From assembly GCA_041750195.1 (NCBI GenBank), contig JBGSZX010000063.1:35131-99130 (forward strand): 64,000 nucleotides of DNA, read 5' to 3'. The DNA comes from Bdellovibrionota bacterium (GTDB taxonomy: Bacteria > Bdellovibrionota > UBA2428). Below, piece after piece: positions 8,075 to 19,149 of this stretch (positions within the stretch are counted from its first letter, which is position 1; every line of letters starts with the position of its first letter). A program made the translations under genes and the position numbers. The notes beneath the pieces were generated by a model. It saw only the letters and a program-made list of their open reading frames with translations. It had not been told where the DNA came from and did not search any database.

Positions 8075-9546
8075 TGAGAGTTGAGAAATTTCCAAAAATA
8101 GATGTCGGTAGAAGCCGTTTGATTTGGGATTCTCGGCAAGAGCATGCCAAAGCTGAAATTCTTGTACTCCTCGAAAAAAATATTGGAGAAGACGAAATTT
8201 TCGAACAACTCATCACTAGAGATGGCGTTTGTAAGATTGTGGCTAGCAAAAGGTGGAGAGAAAAACTTTCGGCAACATTGCTAGAGGTTGAATATGTTGA
8301 ATCAGCAGAAGCCTGGTTGGCAAATAGTTCCGCCCAATATTATGGAGAGCCATCTAAAAACTTGTCTGTCATAGGAGTTACCGGCACTAATGGAAAAAGC
8401 AGTATCGTAGACATCATTGGGCAGGGTCTTTGCCGCAGTGGAAAAAAAGTATTGGTGATTGGAACTTTGGGTGTGCGCGTTTTTGATCCCGATTTCTCAG
8501 AATCGGAGCCTGCTGTCAAAATTAAGATGGGGTTTACCACTCCCGAAAGCCCGACATTACAGAATTTGCTTGCTCAGTGTCTTGAGGATGGAATCACGCA
8601 TGTTGCAATGGAGGTTAGCAGTCACGCAGTGGAGCTTTCTCGTGCACAGGCTGTTGATTTTGATGTGGCCGTTTTTTCGAACTTGTCTCAGGATCATTTG
8701 GACTTCCATGGGAACATGACAAATTATTTATTGGCAAAGGCAAAACTTTTTAATGTTCTTCTAAAAAATTCATCTAAAGCAAATAGAAAGGCTGTCTTGG
8801 GATTTCCTGATAGGGCATCGCAAGAAATTGAGAACGTATTGAGTCTTCCTGATTCAATTGAGCAAAGTTTTATTCGACCAGCAGACCTGAAAGTCACAAG
8901 CCAGACTACAAAAGGAATGTCTTTTTCCTATCTCGAGGAATCCTATTCTTCGCCTTTGATCGGTGAATTCAATGCGTGGAATTTGAGCTTGTCATTAGAG
9001 GTTTTAAAATTTTTTGGAACGCCAGCAAAAGATTTGAAAAAGTTTGTCAGTGAAGTTAATGGAATTTCTGGACGATTAGAAAGATGCGCTCCAAATGTTT
9101 TTGTGGACTTTGCTCATACTCCAGAGGCGTTGCGTGGAGTTTTGATCGCTCTGCGTTCCATTGCTCCAAACAATGCAAAGATAATTTGTGTCTTTGGTTG
9201 CGGTGGTAATCGCGACCGTCAAAAACGACCCTTGATGGGTGCTATTGCATCGAAATTTGCCGATAAAATAATTGTAACCAATGACAATCCCAGGCGTGAA
9301 ATTCCAGCTGATATTGCTAAGGATATTGTGGTCGGCATTCAGGGCTTTGTTGATGGAGATTCAAAGCTAAAGATTGAGCTTGATCGAAAAGCTGCGATTG
9401 AGTTGGCCTTGAAAGAAAAAAAACCAAATGACATTGTCTTGATTGCAGGGAAAGGTCACGAGGACTATCAAATTGTCGGCGACCTGAGCATTCCCTTTTC
9501 CGATCAAAAAGTTGTGCGAAATTATTTTAGCTCGAAATCTAAATAG
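8074..9546 (+). CDS. murE: UDP-MurNAc-tripeptide (meso-DAP) ligase MurE
   Basis: GVTGTNGKS, MEVSSH, NLSQDHLDFH, FGCGGNRD, DNPR (mDAP specificity), AGKGHE; ATG overlaps the ftsI stop. Confidence 0.95.
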   Translation: MRVEKFPKIDVGRSRLIWDSRQEHAKAEILVLLEKNIGEDEIFEQLITRDGVCKIVASKRWREKLSATLLEVEYVESAEAWLANSSAQYYGEPSKNLSVIGVTGTNGKSSIVDIIGQGLCRSGKKVLVIGTLGVRVFDPDFSESEPAVKIKMGFTTPESPTLQNLLAQCLEDGITHVAMEVSSHAVELSRAQAVDFDVAVFSNLSQDHLDFHGNMTNYLLAKAKLFNVLLKNSSKANRKAVLGFPDRASQEIENVLSLPDSIEQSFIRPADLKVTSQTTKGMSFSYLEESYSSPLIGEFNAWNLSLSLEVLKFFGTPAKDLKKFVSEVNGISGRLERCAPNVFVDFAHTPEALRGVLIALRSIAPNNAKIICVFGCGGNRDRQKRPLMGAIASKFADKIIVTNDNPRREIPADIAKDIVVGIQGFVDGDSKLKIELDRKAAIELALKEKKPNDIVLIAGKGHEDYQIVGDLSIPFSDQKVVRNYFSSKSK

Positions 9547-10520
9547 GCTGGTTTTAATGTTCTAGGATCTTGTTCGTTTAGTGCCTTGCCGTCCCAGACT
9601 AAATTGTATTTATCATGGTAGCTTGCAAACATTTTTGTATGAGAAAAAAAATTGTTAACTCTAGCGCGGCACGCTTCTGGTGAAATTTTCCTAAACCTAT
9701 TGAGTGCGAAATCAATCATGTCTTCTATGGATTGAGTGCATATTCCGGAGCTGCTATCAATGAGTTCAGGAAGTGATCCAAAAGGGGTTGCAATTACGGG
9801 AATACCGGTGGCCATTGCCTCTATGACAGCAATGCCAAAAGGTTCGTGCCACAAAACGGGAAATAGCAAAGCTCTGGACTGGTGAAACAATTCAATTTTT
9901 TTGGAATCATCAACCATGCCATGAAATTTAGTTTTCCAAGTAAGCAGCCCTTGGGCTGTGAACGGTCTTTTACCTCCCATAACATCTAGAGGTAGCTTGG
10001 AAGCGCGTGCAATTTTTATTGCTCCCCGTAAATTTTTTATAGACCACGAAGCTTTCGCTAAGAAACTAAGTCGAGATGATGATTCGAGTGTGCTTGTTCT
10101 AATGGGATAGTTTTCTACTTCTATTCCATTGTAAACAAAGGATTCCGAATTGTGCCTTTGCGCATGGTTTTTACTTACAAATATTGAGTTTTTTGGGAAA
10201 TGCTCATCAGCTTTTCCATTACCATGAATGGTGACCACGTGTGGAAATTGATTCAAATCAAAGGAGGGGCTTGGAATGGTATGAAAGTGAACAAGGTCGA
10301 CGTTGTTCTGATGAATCCAAGAATTTAGAGACGCATGCGAAAAATCGATATTGTCGACAACTTGGGCAAAATCATAGGCATTTGTTTTTTTTGTGCACAA
10401 AACTGTGGCACGCCAGCCATTTTCCGCCTGAGCCTTCGTGAGGCAGGCCACAGCGCGTTCTGTTCCCCCATATTTGATGGCAGGGAAGCTGGATGGCAGG
10501 ATGTGGACAATGTGTTTCAT
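9522..10520 (-). CDS. Glycosyltransferase family 4
   Basis: YGGTER N-terminal motif and EPFGIAVIEAMATGIPVIA GT4 signature. Confidence 0.9.
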   Translation of the reverse strand: MKHIVHILPSSFPAIKYGGTERAVACLTKAQAENGWRATVLCTKKTNAYDFAQVVDNIDFSHASLNSWIHQNNVDLVHFHTIPSPSFDLNQFPHVVTIHGNGKADEHFPKNSIFVSKNHAQRHNSESFVYNGIEVENYPIRTSTLESSSRLSFLAKASWSIKNLRGAIKIARASKLPLDVMGGKRPFTAQGLLTWKTKFHGMVDDSKKIELFHQSRALLFPVLWHEPFGIAVIEAMATGIPVIATPFGSLPELIDSSSGICTQSIEDMIDFALNRFRKISPEACRARVNNFFSHTKMFASYHDKYNLVWDGKALNEQDPRTLKPAYLDFELK

Positions 10521-10585
10521 TCTTAATTAACTCTTAATACAATCTTAAATTAATAAGCAATCTCCTTCCACTACAATATGCAGAT

Positions 10586-12770
10586 ATGGATAGGCATGCG
10601 CCTTTTTGGTTGATCTGTGGAAAACGCCTACTTGCGGTGAGCGCAGTGTTGTCATTCTTATCATTTACTTCGTGCAGGCCCTCGGACATTGCGAGTCGCT
10701 TTAAGTCTGGCGCTAATAAGCAAGAGGGGCTTAACTCCTCTAGTTTGTTTTTGTTCGAGCGTTCACCATCTGCGGCACTTTCGAATCAGAAAATTTTATC
10801 GACCGAAAACCTTGATCGTCTTGTCCCAAAATCAAAACACGTATTCAGTGGAATATTAGATAGTCGAAGTGCTCTTATGGGTAGCAAGTTGATTTTACAA
10901 TATAGCCATTTTAATTTGTCAGCTCCAACCTTCTATAGCTGGGCCGGACAAGATGTTTATTGGAAAGATAATCCTGACTATCGTGCTTTTTTCGCTTATT
11001 ACTATTCCACCAAATCGATTGATTATATTGATGGATTACTAGGATCTCTTAAAACCGCAGGGCTCATTTTAAGCAATCAGGTTGCCTGGGGCGAGAATAT
11101 GATGAGTGGCGCTACCTTCGTTGCGCCAAATGTTTTTCCCCTTTTGCTTTCGGTTGATAATTCAAAGTTGCCGTCTGGGGTTAATTCGTTTGTGACAGAT
11201 ACTGGTTATTGTCCTATCTTCAATTCAAACTTTCGTGTTGATGGTGAAGGCTCTTGCTTAAGCTGGAGCAATGTTTCGGCATTATCTCCAACTGATCGTG
11301 AAGCGGCATTTTTTGGAGACAATGCCTATTTATTTAAAAAAATATCATTCTATAGAGATTCAGACCGGCCTAGCTTTAACAATGTCGATGACGCAGATGT
11401 GGTTGCTCACGAGATGTTTCACGTAGTTCAAGATGCCATAGTTCCTGATGTTCTCGCCTCTACACCCGGAGTTAATTTGCAGATGGACGCTCTCTTCGAG
11501 GGAACAGCTGACTTTTTTGTTGGGGGCCCTGAACAGAGACACGGCTATGGGTAGATACCATCATTTCAATCTATATGGTTTGATTCCGGATGCCTTTGTG
11601 GGAACTCTTGGTGGAACCACAAGAGATATCGATAATACTTTAACTTTTCCAAATGCGTATTTAGACTCTCCACACGATCTAGGGCGCATTGTTTCAGGTG
11701 CGCTTTATGATTTGGTATGGGTTAGCTCTGGAAATACGCTAGATGTTTTTCCGAGTGAAAGCCCCTGTCCTTTTGCAGATCTAAATTGTTCGGTCCAAAT
11801 GGGCTCGCAAACCAAGGCTCAAGCCTATGACAATGTTTTAGAGCTTGTGTTGCTAAGTTTTGCAAAACTTGAGGCGACTCCTAGCGCAGAAAACGTAACT
11901 TTTAGTGGTTTTTCTAAACTAATGTTGGATTCCTGTGACGCTTTGGCGACGTGGTGTACGCGATCTAGCTTTACAAAAATTTTAGAAGCTCGAGGCCTTA
12001 AGACGATACATAATTGGTACATTGGCACAGATACGGCCGCAGCTCCGCAAAATGAACATTTAGCAAAATTTGGAGATGATCCAGTGGCCAGGGGGATCAT
12101 CCTTCCCGACACTTTGGGTTGGATTCCGTTTAGACCAGGTGGGAGTAGCTCCTTTGCGAATGATGATCAGTATGTCGACCCGTGTGAGGCCATCATTGTT
12201 TTTCCAAATGTTACAAATTCATCGAACTTGCTTGGTTTTGATTCTGCTCCGACTAACATAGCGGATTCTTGGTCTACAACAGCAGAAAAATTTCGTGGCA
12301 CTCCAATTTATGAAATTGTATACCAAATTGTTTCAACGCCTTTAGGCTTTTCCAGTTTTAAGCACCCAACTTATCAGGCCTATGTTGAGCCGTGGACTGG
12401 GGTGGCCGGTGCTGACGTTAAAGGCATTCCCTATTTAGCGGCTGGAGAATCAATAAAAGAGTTAGCCGAGGACGAAGAAAGCCGTATCTTTGGCATTTAT
12501 AATAACATTGAGTTTGATTCGCCTCAGTCGTCGAAATCGGCAAATTCCGCTAGCAATCTCTACAAGCTCCGAACGCCCATTGGTTGGCTGTTCAAGGCCC
12601 CATCTTCGGGCGGAGATCAGATGGTCCTAGAGTTTTCTGTAAAATACAAATCTTTTGATGCGCACCTATTAAAGGAGTTTTCTATCTTTAATGATACCGA
12701 TAACGGAGACATCCAAACAATATCTCAGACACTTGAGGTTGATAATACATCTAATAGTTTTTGTAACTAG
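10586..12770 (+). pseudogene. Zinc metalloprotease lipoprotein (gluzincin, M4/M36-like) split by a 1-nt frameshift into ORFs 10586-11554 and 11448-12770
   Basis: Lipobox FTSC; VVAHEMFH plus ALFEGTADFF; removing one G from the G5 run at 11522-11526 joins the frames as EGTADFFVGALNRD...; downstream PHDLGRIVSGALYDL is typical of the thermolysin-like C-terminal helix. Confidence 0.7.
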
Positions 12771-12983
12771 ATTTTCACAATCAGTTAAGTGCTAAATTTC
12801 TTAGCCATTTTATTCCCAAAAATTTTAACACAATCTAAATCATGCCACGAATTGTGACTGTTTTTGAGTTCCTCGAATTCATATACTGAAAGAGTAGTCA
12901 ATGTCGCTGAACGTTAGATCTTAATAAAACACGTAGTTCATAAAGAACTAAGTTCCCCTAACTAGCAAAAATTTGGAGTCTTC

Positions 12984-15900
12984 ATGCGTAGAACGTTAAG
13001 TAATTTTTTTCCTACAATTCTAAAGAGCGTGAAGCATTTTATGGCAATTGGATTTTTAGGATTCTTCACAGTATCTTGTGATAGCACTCTCTTTTTTCAA
13101 GAGCTCGACACTGCTCTCAAGATTGGGGCCCCATCAATAATTCTTAATGGATATAATCCAGTTGAAAATGGAGCTTATACCGACGACTTTTCATTTCAAC
13201 TTGAGGCACCTGGCAACGTATTATCGAGCGACCCAAATAAGCAGTATATAAAATTATATTTCAAGATTAACTCCAAGACATCTCTTAGTTGCGGAGAGGG
13301 CAGCCTCTATAATCTCGAATTGAAGCCAAAGATTATCGTTTCAAAAATGGATCTTAGTATCAGAGTCATTGCTTGCAACGGCGAGGGCGGCATATCAAAG
13401 GAATTGATTCAAAACTTCAAATATAAAGCGCCAGTAATAGATGTTGGTACTCCTCAAACTTTGAGGAATCCACTTCCGCCTATTCTAGAACATACGAGTA
13501 CAGAAATTAAAAACTTTGGAAGTTTTAAAAACAACTTCCAGTTAACTTTGAAATATCCTGATTCGTCTGTGTCAAGTTCACTCTATCGCATTTACTACGC
13601 AATGAATTCCCAATTGGCTCTAAGCTGTTCTTCGGGGGCGACATATGCTCAGCCTATTCTAGTCAATTCTAGTGTTCAGTCTGTCCGTGCCATTACTTGT
13701 TCGTCAGACGGATCGGCGAAGTCGGCAGAAGTATCTATGGTTTTTAACTACGACAACGTGGCACCTGCCGGCCAAGTTCAATTCAGCAGTCCTACTGCCT
13801 CTTTCAATAATTCTGTTCTTCTCGGACTTTCACATGCTGATTCCAATGCAGATATTTTTTATAGCGTTGGATCATCTGCCAATTGTTCGGCGACTCTCTA
13901 CGTCGCACCTATAAACGTCACCTCCACTCAAACAATTAGTGCCGTTGCCTGCGACAAACTTAAAAATAGGGGGGATTTGAGGCAGGAAACTTACACCAAA
14001 ACTGTGACGACCATCATTGTCCCTCCCCCGGCCGCAAATCCAAAGTCGAAAAATTTTGGAGCATCGGGATTAAGTGTTTCATTGACTTCGTCTTCTGCTA
14101 CTAACAACAGTGGTTATTTTATTCGTTATGCTCTTAATAGTACAGTTAATCTTAGTTCTTGCAGTAAAGGGACGGCTTATTCCTCGGCCCTTGCGATTCC
14201 AAGCCAAGCCACTTCGAATTTAAGAGCTATTGGTTGTGATGCTTCCGGAAACAAAAGTGCAGAAATTTCTGAAACATATACACGTGATTTAACGCCTCCT
14301 CCGGGACCGGTCCTAAGTCACCAAAACCGAAGCTATCGGGAGCTATTTTACGCGACGATTAGCTCGGCAGAGGCCGGAAGCTACATTCGTTACTCTCTTG
14401 ATGGCACTGTGCCATCAAGCTGCGCAAATGGAAGTCTTTATTCATCGCCTATTGAGATTTCTGGCACTACTCGAAGGCTCCGTGCCATTGCTTGTGATGC
14501 TGAGGGCAACATGAGCGCGGCTGCAGCGGCCGATTATCTTTTTGATATCACACCTCCAACTTTAGTCGTTAAAACTCCAGCGGGGAATGCTCTTGTCACT
14601 GTTGATTTTATTTTTAGTGGAGATTGCGAAACGGGCAATAATGTTTTGGTTGCTTTCGGAGCTAAAAACCTTTCTGTGAATTGTAGTAATTCCAACTTTA
14701 GCACAAGCATAGCTATTGCCGATCTTGTTTTGGGAAACAATGAACTGTCTCTCAACCAAACTGATTCAGTGGGAAACCTTTCCGTGCGTAAACATGTCGT
14801 TATCAAAGATATTGTTAGGCGTAGTTTTGCTGAAGCTCAAGTTGTTTTGAGAAAATGCATAGCTTGTCATGGAGCGGGTGGAGCGGCGTCTTCAAAATCT
14901 TTTGAATTTGCGAATGAAGCGGCAGCCTTTAGTTCTCCTTGGTTTAAACCGGGAAACATCGAGTCTCTAGGGCTTTTGAGAACAAGGGGATCAGCTATTG
15001 GTAAGAGTCGTTCTATCGCGACAATGCCCACATCGTCAGTTTCTTGGACTCAAGCCGAGTATCAAATTTTAGAGGATTGGGTGATGGGTGCGAAGGTGGG
15101 AGATGGAGAGCTCGGCGTTGGTGGCCCGGTATGCGATGCTAGCTCCGAAACGGCACAGACCGATAATCCAAGATTGACCAAGCATCAGCTAATCAAAACT
15201 CTTACGGCACTTTTTGGTAGTTCAATGGTAGATTCAGTTGCCTCCGATTTAGCGCTGCTTCCAGCCGACTCCGAAGTTTGGAACTTTGATCGAACAAAAA
15301 TTTCTTCAATTAAAGAACAACATCTAGAAGTTTTTGTAAAGATTGCATCGGTATTGTCAGAGAACATTTGGAACAATACGACTGCTAGAAACGCTACGTT
15401 TGGCACCTGCGCATCGGCAACAAGTGTAAAAACTTCTTGTCTGGATGTTTATTTGTCGGGGTTTTCGTTAAGACTATTGCGTAGACCGCTTTCGACCAAC
15501 GAGAAAAATAAAATTAAATCTATTTATACGGCTGCTGGTTCGGCTAAAGAAGGTTTTGTCAGGATGCTCGGATATCAGTTGCTTCATCCATATTTTCACA
15601 TCCGATGGGAACTTGGCTCAAGTAACGAGGGTAGCGATACAGAATTTAAATTGACGGCCTATGAAGTGGCATCGCGCCTTGCGTTTTCATTAACAGATCA
15701 AGGCCCAGACAGTGAACTCATCTCAAAGGCATCTGACGGATCAATTTTAAACGAGAGCACTCTAAGAGCTCAGGCCAGTCGACTCATGGGTACGGCCGCT
15801 GCGAAAGAAAAATTCAAGGACTTTGCTTTCTACTGGATGCGAGCCGATCTTAATTTTAATTTTTCAGAGCTGCCATCCGAACTTGTTTCGGGGATCGACA

Positions 15901-16715
15901 CGACGAAACTGGGAGATGCGGCGATTGAGGAGACTAGGAAGTTCATGGAGTACATGATTTGGGACGGGCAAAAGAAATTTTCTGATCTTTTATCCTCCCA
16001 AGATTCTTTTGCTAGCAACGCTCAATTGGCTTCAATTTATGGCCACAATCCAGTAAGTGGCTCAAATCGCGCAACCTTTGCGGGGCGTCGTAAAGGCGTT
16101 TTCGGTCGTCTGCCATTCCTGTTCTCAAGTTCACCACGAACCGCGTTGATTCGACGATCATTAAATTTCAGAGATCGAGTCCTTTGTGATGAGATAAAGG
16201 GGCCCAATGCCGATGTGTTCTTAATGAGAGATGATTTTAAAATCCCCGATACTGAGGCTCAAACTCTTTCGAACCGAGATTTCATTGCAACGATTACGAG
16301 ATCTGAGGGTTGCATGAGTTGTCACGCAAGTATCAATCCAACAGGGAACGTCTTTGAAGGCTATGATTCGCTTGGGCGTCCTCGCACCACAGAAAAGGTA
16401 TTCAATAGCAACAAAGTTGTTGTAAATAATGTTGCGGTAGACACTGCAGATAGCGTACCTCTCGGTGCCCTTGGCAGCTTTTATTCACAAGACTATTCTG
16501 AGCTCATTCCATTGATTGTGGAATCAGAAGCGGCACAAGGGTGCTTTGCTCAAAAATTAGTGTCGTTTAGCTCTGGTAGGACGATGAGTCCAGATGAGTC
16601 TTGCAGGGCTCAACGTGTGTACAATGTCTTAAGACAACCCGGAAGTAATTTAATAGATGCCATCGTCGAGACGGTAGCCAATGAAACAATCCTTAACAAG
16701 AGAGTAGCCCCTTAG
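12984..16715 (+). CDS. Lipoprotein with five chitobiase/Fn3-associated-like repeats, an Ig-like domain, a c-type heme motif and DUF1587/1595/1592/1588/1585-type (PSD) domains
   Basis: Lipobox TVSC; five Y..C..G..Y...I...RAIAC repeats; CIACH; RLTKHQL, YEVASRLAF..PD (DUF1592-like); LIRR..RVLC and CMSCHASINPTG..FEGYDSLGR (DUF1588-like). Confidence 0.8.
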   Translation: MRRTLSNFFPTILKSVKHFMAIGFLGFFTVSCDSTLFFQELDTALKIGAPSIILNGYNPVENGAYTDDFSFQLEAPGNVLSSDPNKQYIKLYFKINSKTSLSCGEGSLYNLELKPKIIVSKMDLSIRVIACNGEGGISKELIQNFKYKAPVIDVGTPQTLRNPLPPILEHTSTEIKNFGSFKNNFQLTLKYPDSSVSSSLYRIYYAMNSQLALSCSSGATYAQPILVNSSVQSVRAITCSSDGSAKSAEVSMVFNYDNVAPAGQVQFSSPTASFNNSVLLGLSHADSNADIFYSVGSSANCSATLYVAPINVTSTQTISAVACDKLKNRGDLRQETYTKTVTTIIVPPPAANPKSKNFGASGLSVSLTSSSATNNSGYFIRYALNSTVNLSSCSKGTAYSSALAIPSQATSNLRAIGCDASGNKSAEISETYTRDLTPPPGPVLSHQNRSYRELFYATISSAEAGSYIRYSLDGTVPSSCANGSLYSSPIEISGTTRRLRAIACDAEGNMSAAAAADYLFDITPPTLVVKTPAGNALVTVDFIFSGDCETGNNVLVAFGAKNLSVNCSNSNFSTSIAIADLVLGNNELSLNQTDSVGNLSVRKHVVIKDIVRRSFAEAQVVLRKCIACHGAGGAASSKSFEFANEAAAFSSPWFKPGNIESLGLLRTRGSAIGKSRSIATMPTSSVSWTQAEYQILEDWVMGAKVGDGELGVGGPVCDASSETAQTDNPRLTKHQLIKTLTALFGSSMVDSVASDLALLPADSEVWNFDRTKISSIKEQHLEVFVKIASVLSENIWNNTTARNATFGTCASATSVKTSCLDVYLSGFSLRLLRRPLSTNEKNKIKSIYTAAGSAKEGFVRMLGYQLLHPYFHIRWELGSSNEGSDTEFKLTAYEVASRLAFSLTDQGPDSELISKASDGSILNESTLRAQASRLMGTAAAKEKFKDFAFYWMRADLNFNFSELPSELVSGIDTTKLGDAAIEETRKFMEYMIWDGQKKFSDLLSSQDSFASNAQLASIYGHNPVSGSNRATFAGRRKGVFGRLPFLFSSSPRTALIRRSLNFRDRVLCDEIKGPNADVFLMRDDFKIPDTEAQTLSNRDFIATITRSEGCMSCHASINPTGNVFEGYDSLGRPRTTEKVFNSNKVVVNNVAVDTADSVPLGALGSFYSQDYSELIPLIVESEAAQGCFAQKLVSFSSGRTMSPDESCRAQRVYNVLRQPGSNLIDAIVETVANETILNKRVAP

Positions 16716-16724
16716 GAGATCATA

Positions 16725-18251
16725 ATGAGCATAAATAAAAAAATCACCGAATCACGACATATCTCTAGGAAGCAGTTTCTTCAGGGACTTGGAACAACTT
16801 TGGCGCTGCCGCCATTGATTTCTATGATGCCCAAAGCAATGGCAGATGCAGTGGTTGCAAATAAAAAATTGCGACTTTGTTTGCTGGCAAATGAGTATGG
16901 GATGCATAATGACCACCTCGTGCCATCCTCAAGTGCTTCTTCGAATGCGACTCAGACTATAAATAGCATTGGTAGCCAGACTATTCCCACTATAAAGGCA
17001 ACACCGCTAAGCTCTTTCGGTAATCCAGTTTCTTATATTGTTGATAACAAGATGAATGCGCTCAAGGATGACATGAACATTATTTATGGGCTTGATTTGA
17101 TGAGTGCCTATGGCCATAATTTTGGTTTTTATTCCGGATCAATGGGGGGCCGTGATCCTGAATGCGGCAGAAGCATTGATGTTATCATTTCAAATTCTGC
17201 CAAATTCAAATCCGACTTTAAGGGCAAAGTACCCGTTGTCCGTAATACCAACTATGCTTTTGCTGGCGGCTTCTTTTATGATCGAAAGCAAAGTTCTAGC
17301 GGTAATTTTTTACTTGGTGAGGCAAATGTCTTAAATCAGCAAAGAGATGTAAGTGATAAGGCAATCTTTGAAAGGCTATTTGGCGGTGGTACTGTAGCTC
17401 CCCCATTGAGTGCGGATATGACTCGGCGTAAACTTCTCATTGATCTTGTGAAAGATGATTACACTGCTCTTCGGGATAGTCATAGAATATCTGGAGCGGA
17501 CAAACAGTTGCTTCTTCAGTTTGCAGAATCTATTTTTCAAGTCCAAAAAAATCTTGATAAAACATCACCTAGTTGTACGGCTCAGGCGCCTTCTAGTTTT
17601 GCTTCTCCGACTGGAGCTTGGCCTGCAGATTGGAATGGATATTGGAAAAATATTTCTGAAATGATGATCCTAGCTTTTCAGTGTGATGTTAGCCGTATTT
17701 ATTGCACAAGTCCGTATAATGGGGATCAGCATCACCAAGTTGATGATTCGGCGGCTGCTTATTGGGGTTCAAAATGGCAAAAAGAATGGATTGACATTAT
17801 GACTCAGCACTTACTTTTAGGTCTTAAAAACACAACAGATCCATTTGGGAATGGAGAGTCATTGCTTGATAACAGCTTGGTTGTTTGGCACAACGAACAT
17901 TCGGGAAGAGCGGGGCACACTCATGAGAGTATTCCCGTTATGACATTTGGAAAGCTTGGGGGAGCCGTAAGGGCTGGCTATTTTATGAATTTTGACCAGA
18001 CAACTCTCAACGCTGCAAAACGTGAAAACAGGGGATACCCCTCTAAGATGATGATGGTTACTATTTTGGAGGCAATGGGCGTTACAAGGGCTGAAATTCT
18101 TAGGGAAGGTGATGGCACAGGATTTGGTTCGTGGCCTGATTACTTGGTTTATGCGAATAGTACCCCAAGTTACTATCTACGCGATCAATACGACCTTAAC
18201 TACTTCGGAACGAGACATAGCAATGCGCTTCCTTTCTTCACTAATATTTAA
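16725..18251 (+). CDS. DUF1552 (HXXSHH)-family protein with Tat-like signal
   Basis: ISRKQFLQGLGTTLALPPL signal, SID..I, FERLF, AFQCDVSR, QHH, LLDNSLVVW..E...HTH...PV; usual partner of DUF1592 proteins. Confidence 0.8.
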   Translation: MSINKKITESRHISRKQFLQGLGTTLALPPLISMMPKAMADAVVANKKLRLCLLANEYGMHNDHLVPSSSASSNATQTINSIGSQTIPTIKATPLSSFGNPVSYIVDNKMNALKDDMNIIYGLDLMSAYGHNFGFYSGSMGGRDPECGRSIDVIISNSAKFKSDFKGKVPVVRNTNYAFAGGFFYDRKQSSSGNFLLGEANVLNQQRDVSDKAIFERLFGGGTVAPPLSADMTRRKLLIDLVKDDYTALRDSHRISGADKQLLLQFAESIFQVQKNLDKTSPSCTAQAPSSFASPTGAWPADWNGYWKNISEMMILAFQCDVSRIYCTSPYNGDQHHQVDDSAAAYWGSKWQKEWIDIMTQHLLLGLKNTTDPFGNGESLLDNSLVVWHNEHSGRAGHTHESIPVMTFGKLGGAVRAGYFMNFDQTTLNAAKRENRGYPSKMMMVTILEAMGVTRAEILREGDGTGFGSWPDYLVYANSTPSYYLRDQYDLNYFGTRHSNALPFFTNI

Positions 18252-18264
18252 GATTTTTGCAGGA

Positions 18265-18285
18265 GGGCCCACTTAATGGGTCTTT
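18265..18285 (+). terminator. Possible weak terminator after the DUF1552 gene
   Basis: GGGCCCA-CTTAA-TGGGTCT followed by a short T run. Confidence 0.4.
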
Positions 18286-18845
18286 ATGATGTCGTGTGTG
18301 TGATGTGACCTCCCCCGATGCCGTTGTGCTTACAATGAGTGCGATTGAAGTCGAGCTGCTAAGTCAAAGGCGGGCATTTTTTAAAAATTCCAATTATCTG
18401 CTTCCAAATATCTGCTTCCAAGACTCACGATTCGACCGAAGGGACGTCCCGCAAAAAACTTCTCCAAAATACCGTTGCTCGTATGCCAGATTGCTTTTTC
18501 ATTGGCCGTTTTGGCAAGTCCATCTTTCGTGGCTAAGAAATGAACCGGTAGCTATGTCAAAAAATTACTTGCCATGGTCAATTTAGCTATGAAAAAGCAA
18601 GAACTAGCCGAGTTATTTGGGCTCCATATGAGAGGCCCATATTTGACATAAACTGCACAATGGACCATTTTCCTGAAGGCTAAATACTAAGACTCTGGGT
18701 GCATCACCCACGCGAAATCACAAAGACGCCCCCGCGACGATCGGATGCCAGGTGGATGCCAGCTGGATGGCTTAATGGCAGATTAACCAAAACTTAACTC
18801 GATATTAGCGCCAATATTTTGCATTCTATAAGAGGGACAACGGTC

Positions 18846-18873
18846 TCAAGTTTATTTGTTTGGATGCCGATAG
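18846..18873 (+). promoter_or_regulatory. sigma28-type promoter upstream of the Flp/Tad cluster
   Basis: TCAAGTTT...GCCGATAG (TCAA-N16-GCCGATAG), 30 nt before the first pilin ATG. Confidence 0.65.
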
Positions 18874-18903
18874 GCAGTGAGAAAGAGAAAGGGCTTATTG
18901 ATT

Positions 18904-19089
18904 ATGCGCACTCGTGAACTAAAAAATTCTAAAAAAGGCCAAACATCTGTGGAGTATATTCTTATTCTTGCATTGCTAGTGGGAGTCATTGCACTTTTCG
19001 GCGGTCAGTTCAAAGAAAAGATTCAACAGGTTGTTGGCAGTTTGTTTGACAACGTAAATAGTGGAATCTCTGACCTTAGCGCTCCGTAA
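18904..19089 (+). CDS. flp: Flp-type pilin
   Basis: Class III signal KKG/QTSVEY followed by a hydrophobic helix; about 61 aa. Confidence 0.85.
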   Translation: MRTRELKNSKKGQTSVEYILILALLVGVIALFGGQFKEKIQQVVGSLFDNVNSGISDLSAP

Positions 19090-19149
19090 TTTTACTGGAG
19101 TTTTGTAGGTCGTGCTTCTGGTTTGCTTTTGAGAGCTTGAGGAGCCGTT

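Noticed and set aside
18296-18586. 96-aa plus-strand ORF
   Set aside because: GTG start without SD just after a terminator-like hairpin, no motifs; probably spurious.
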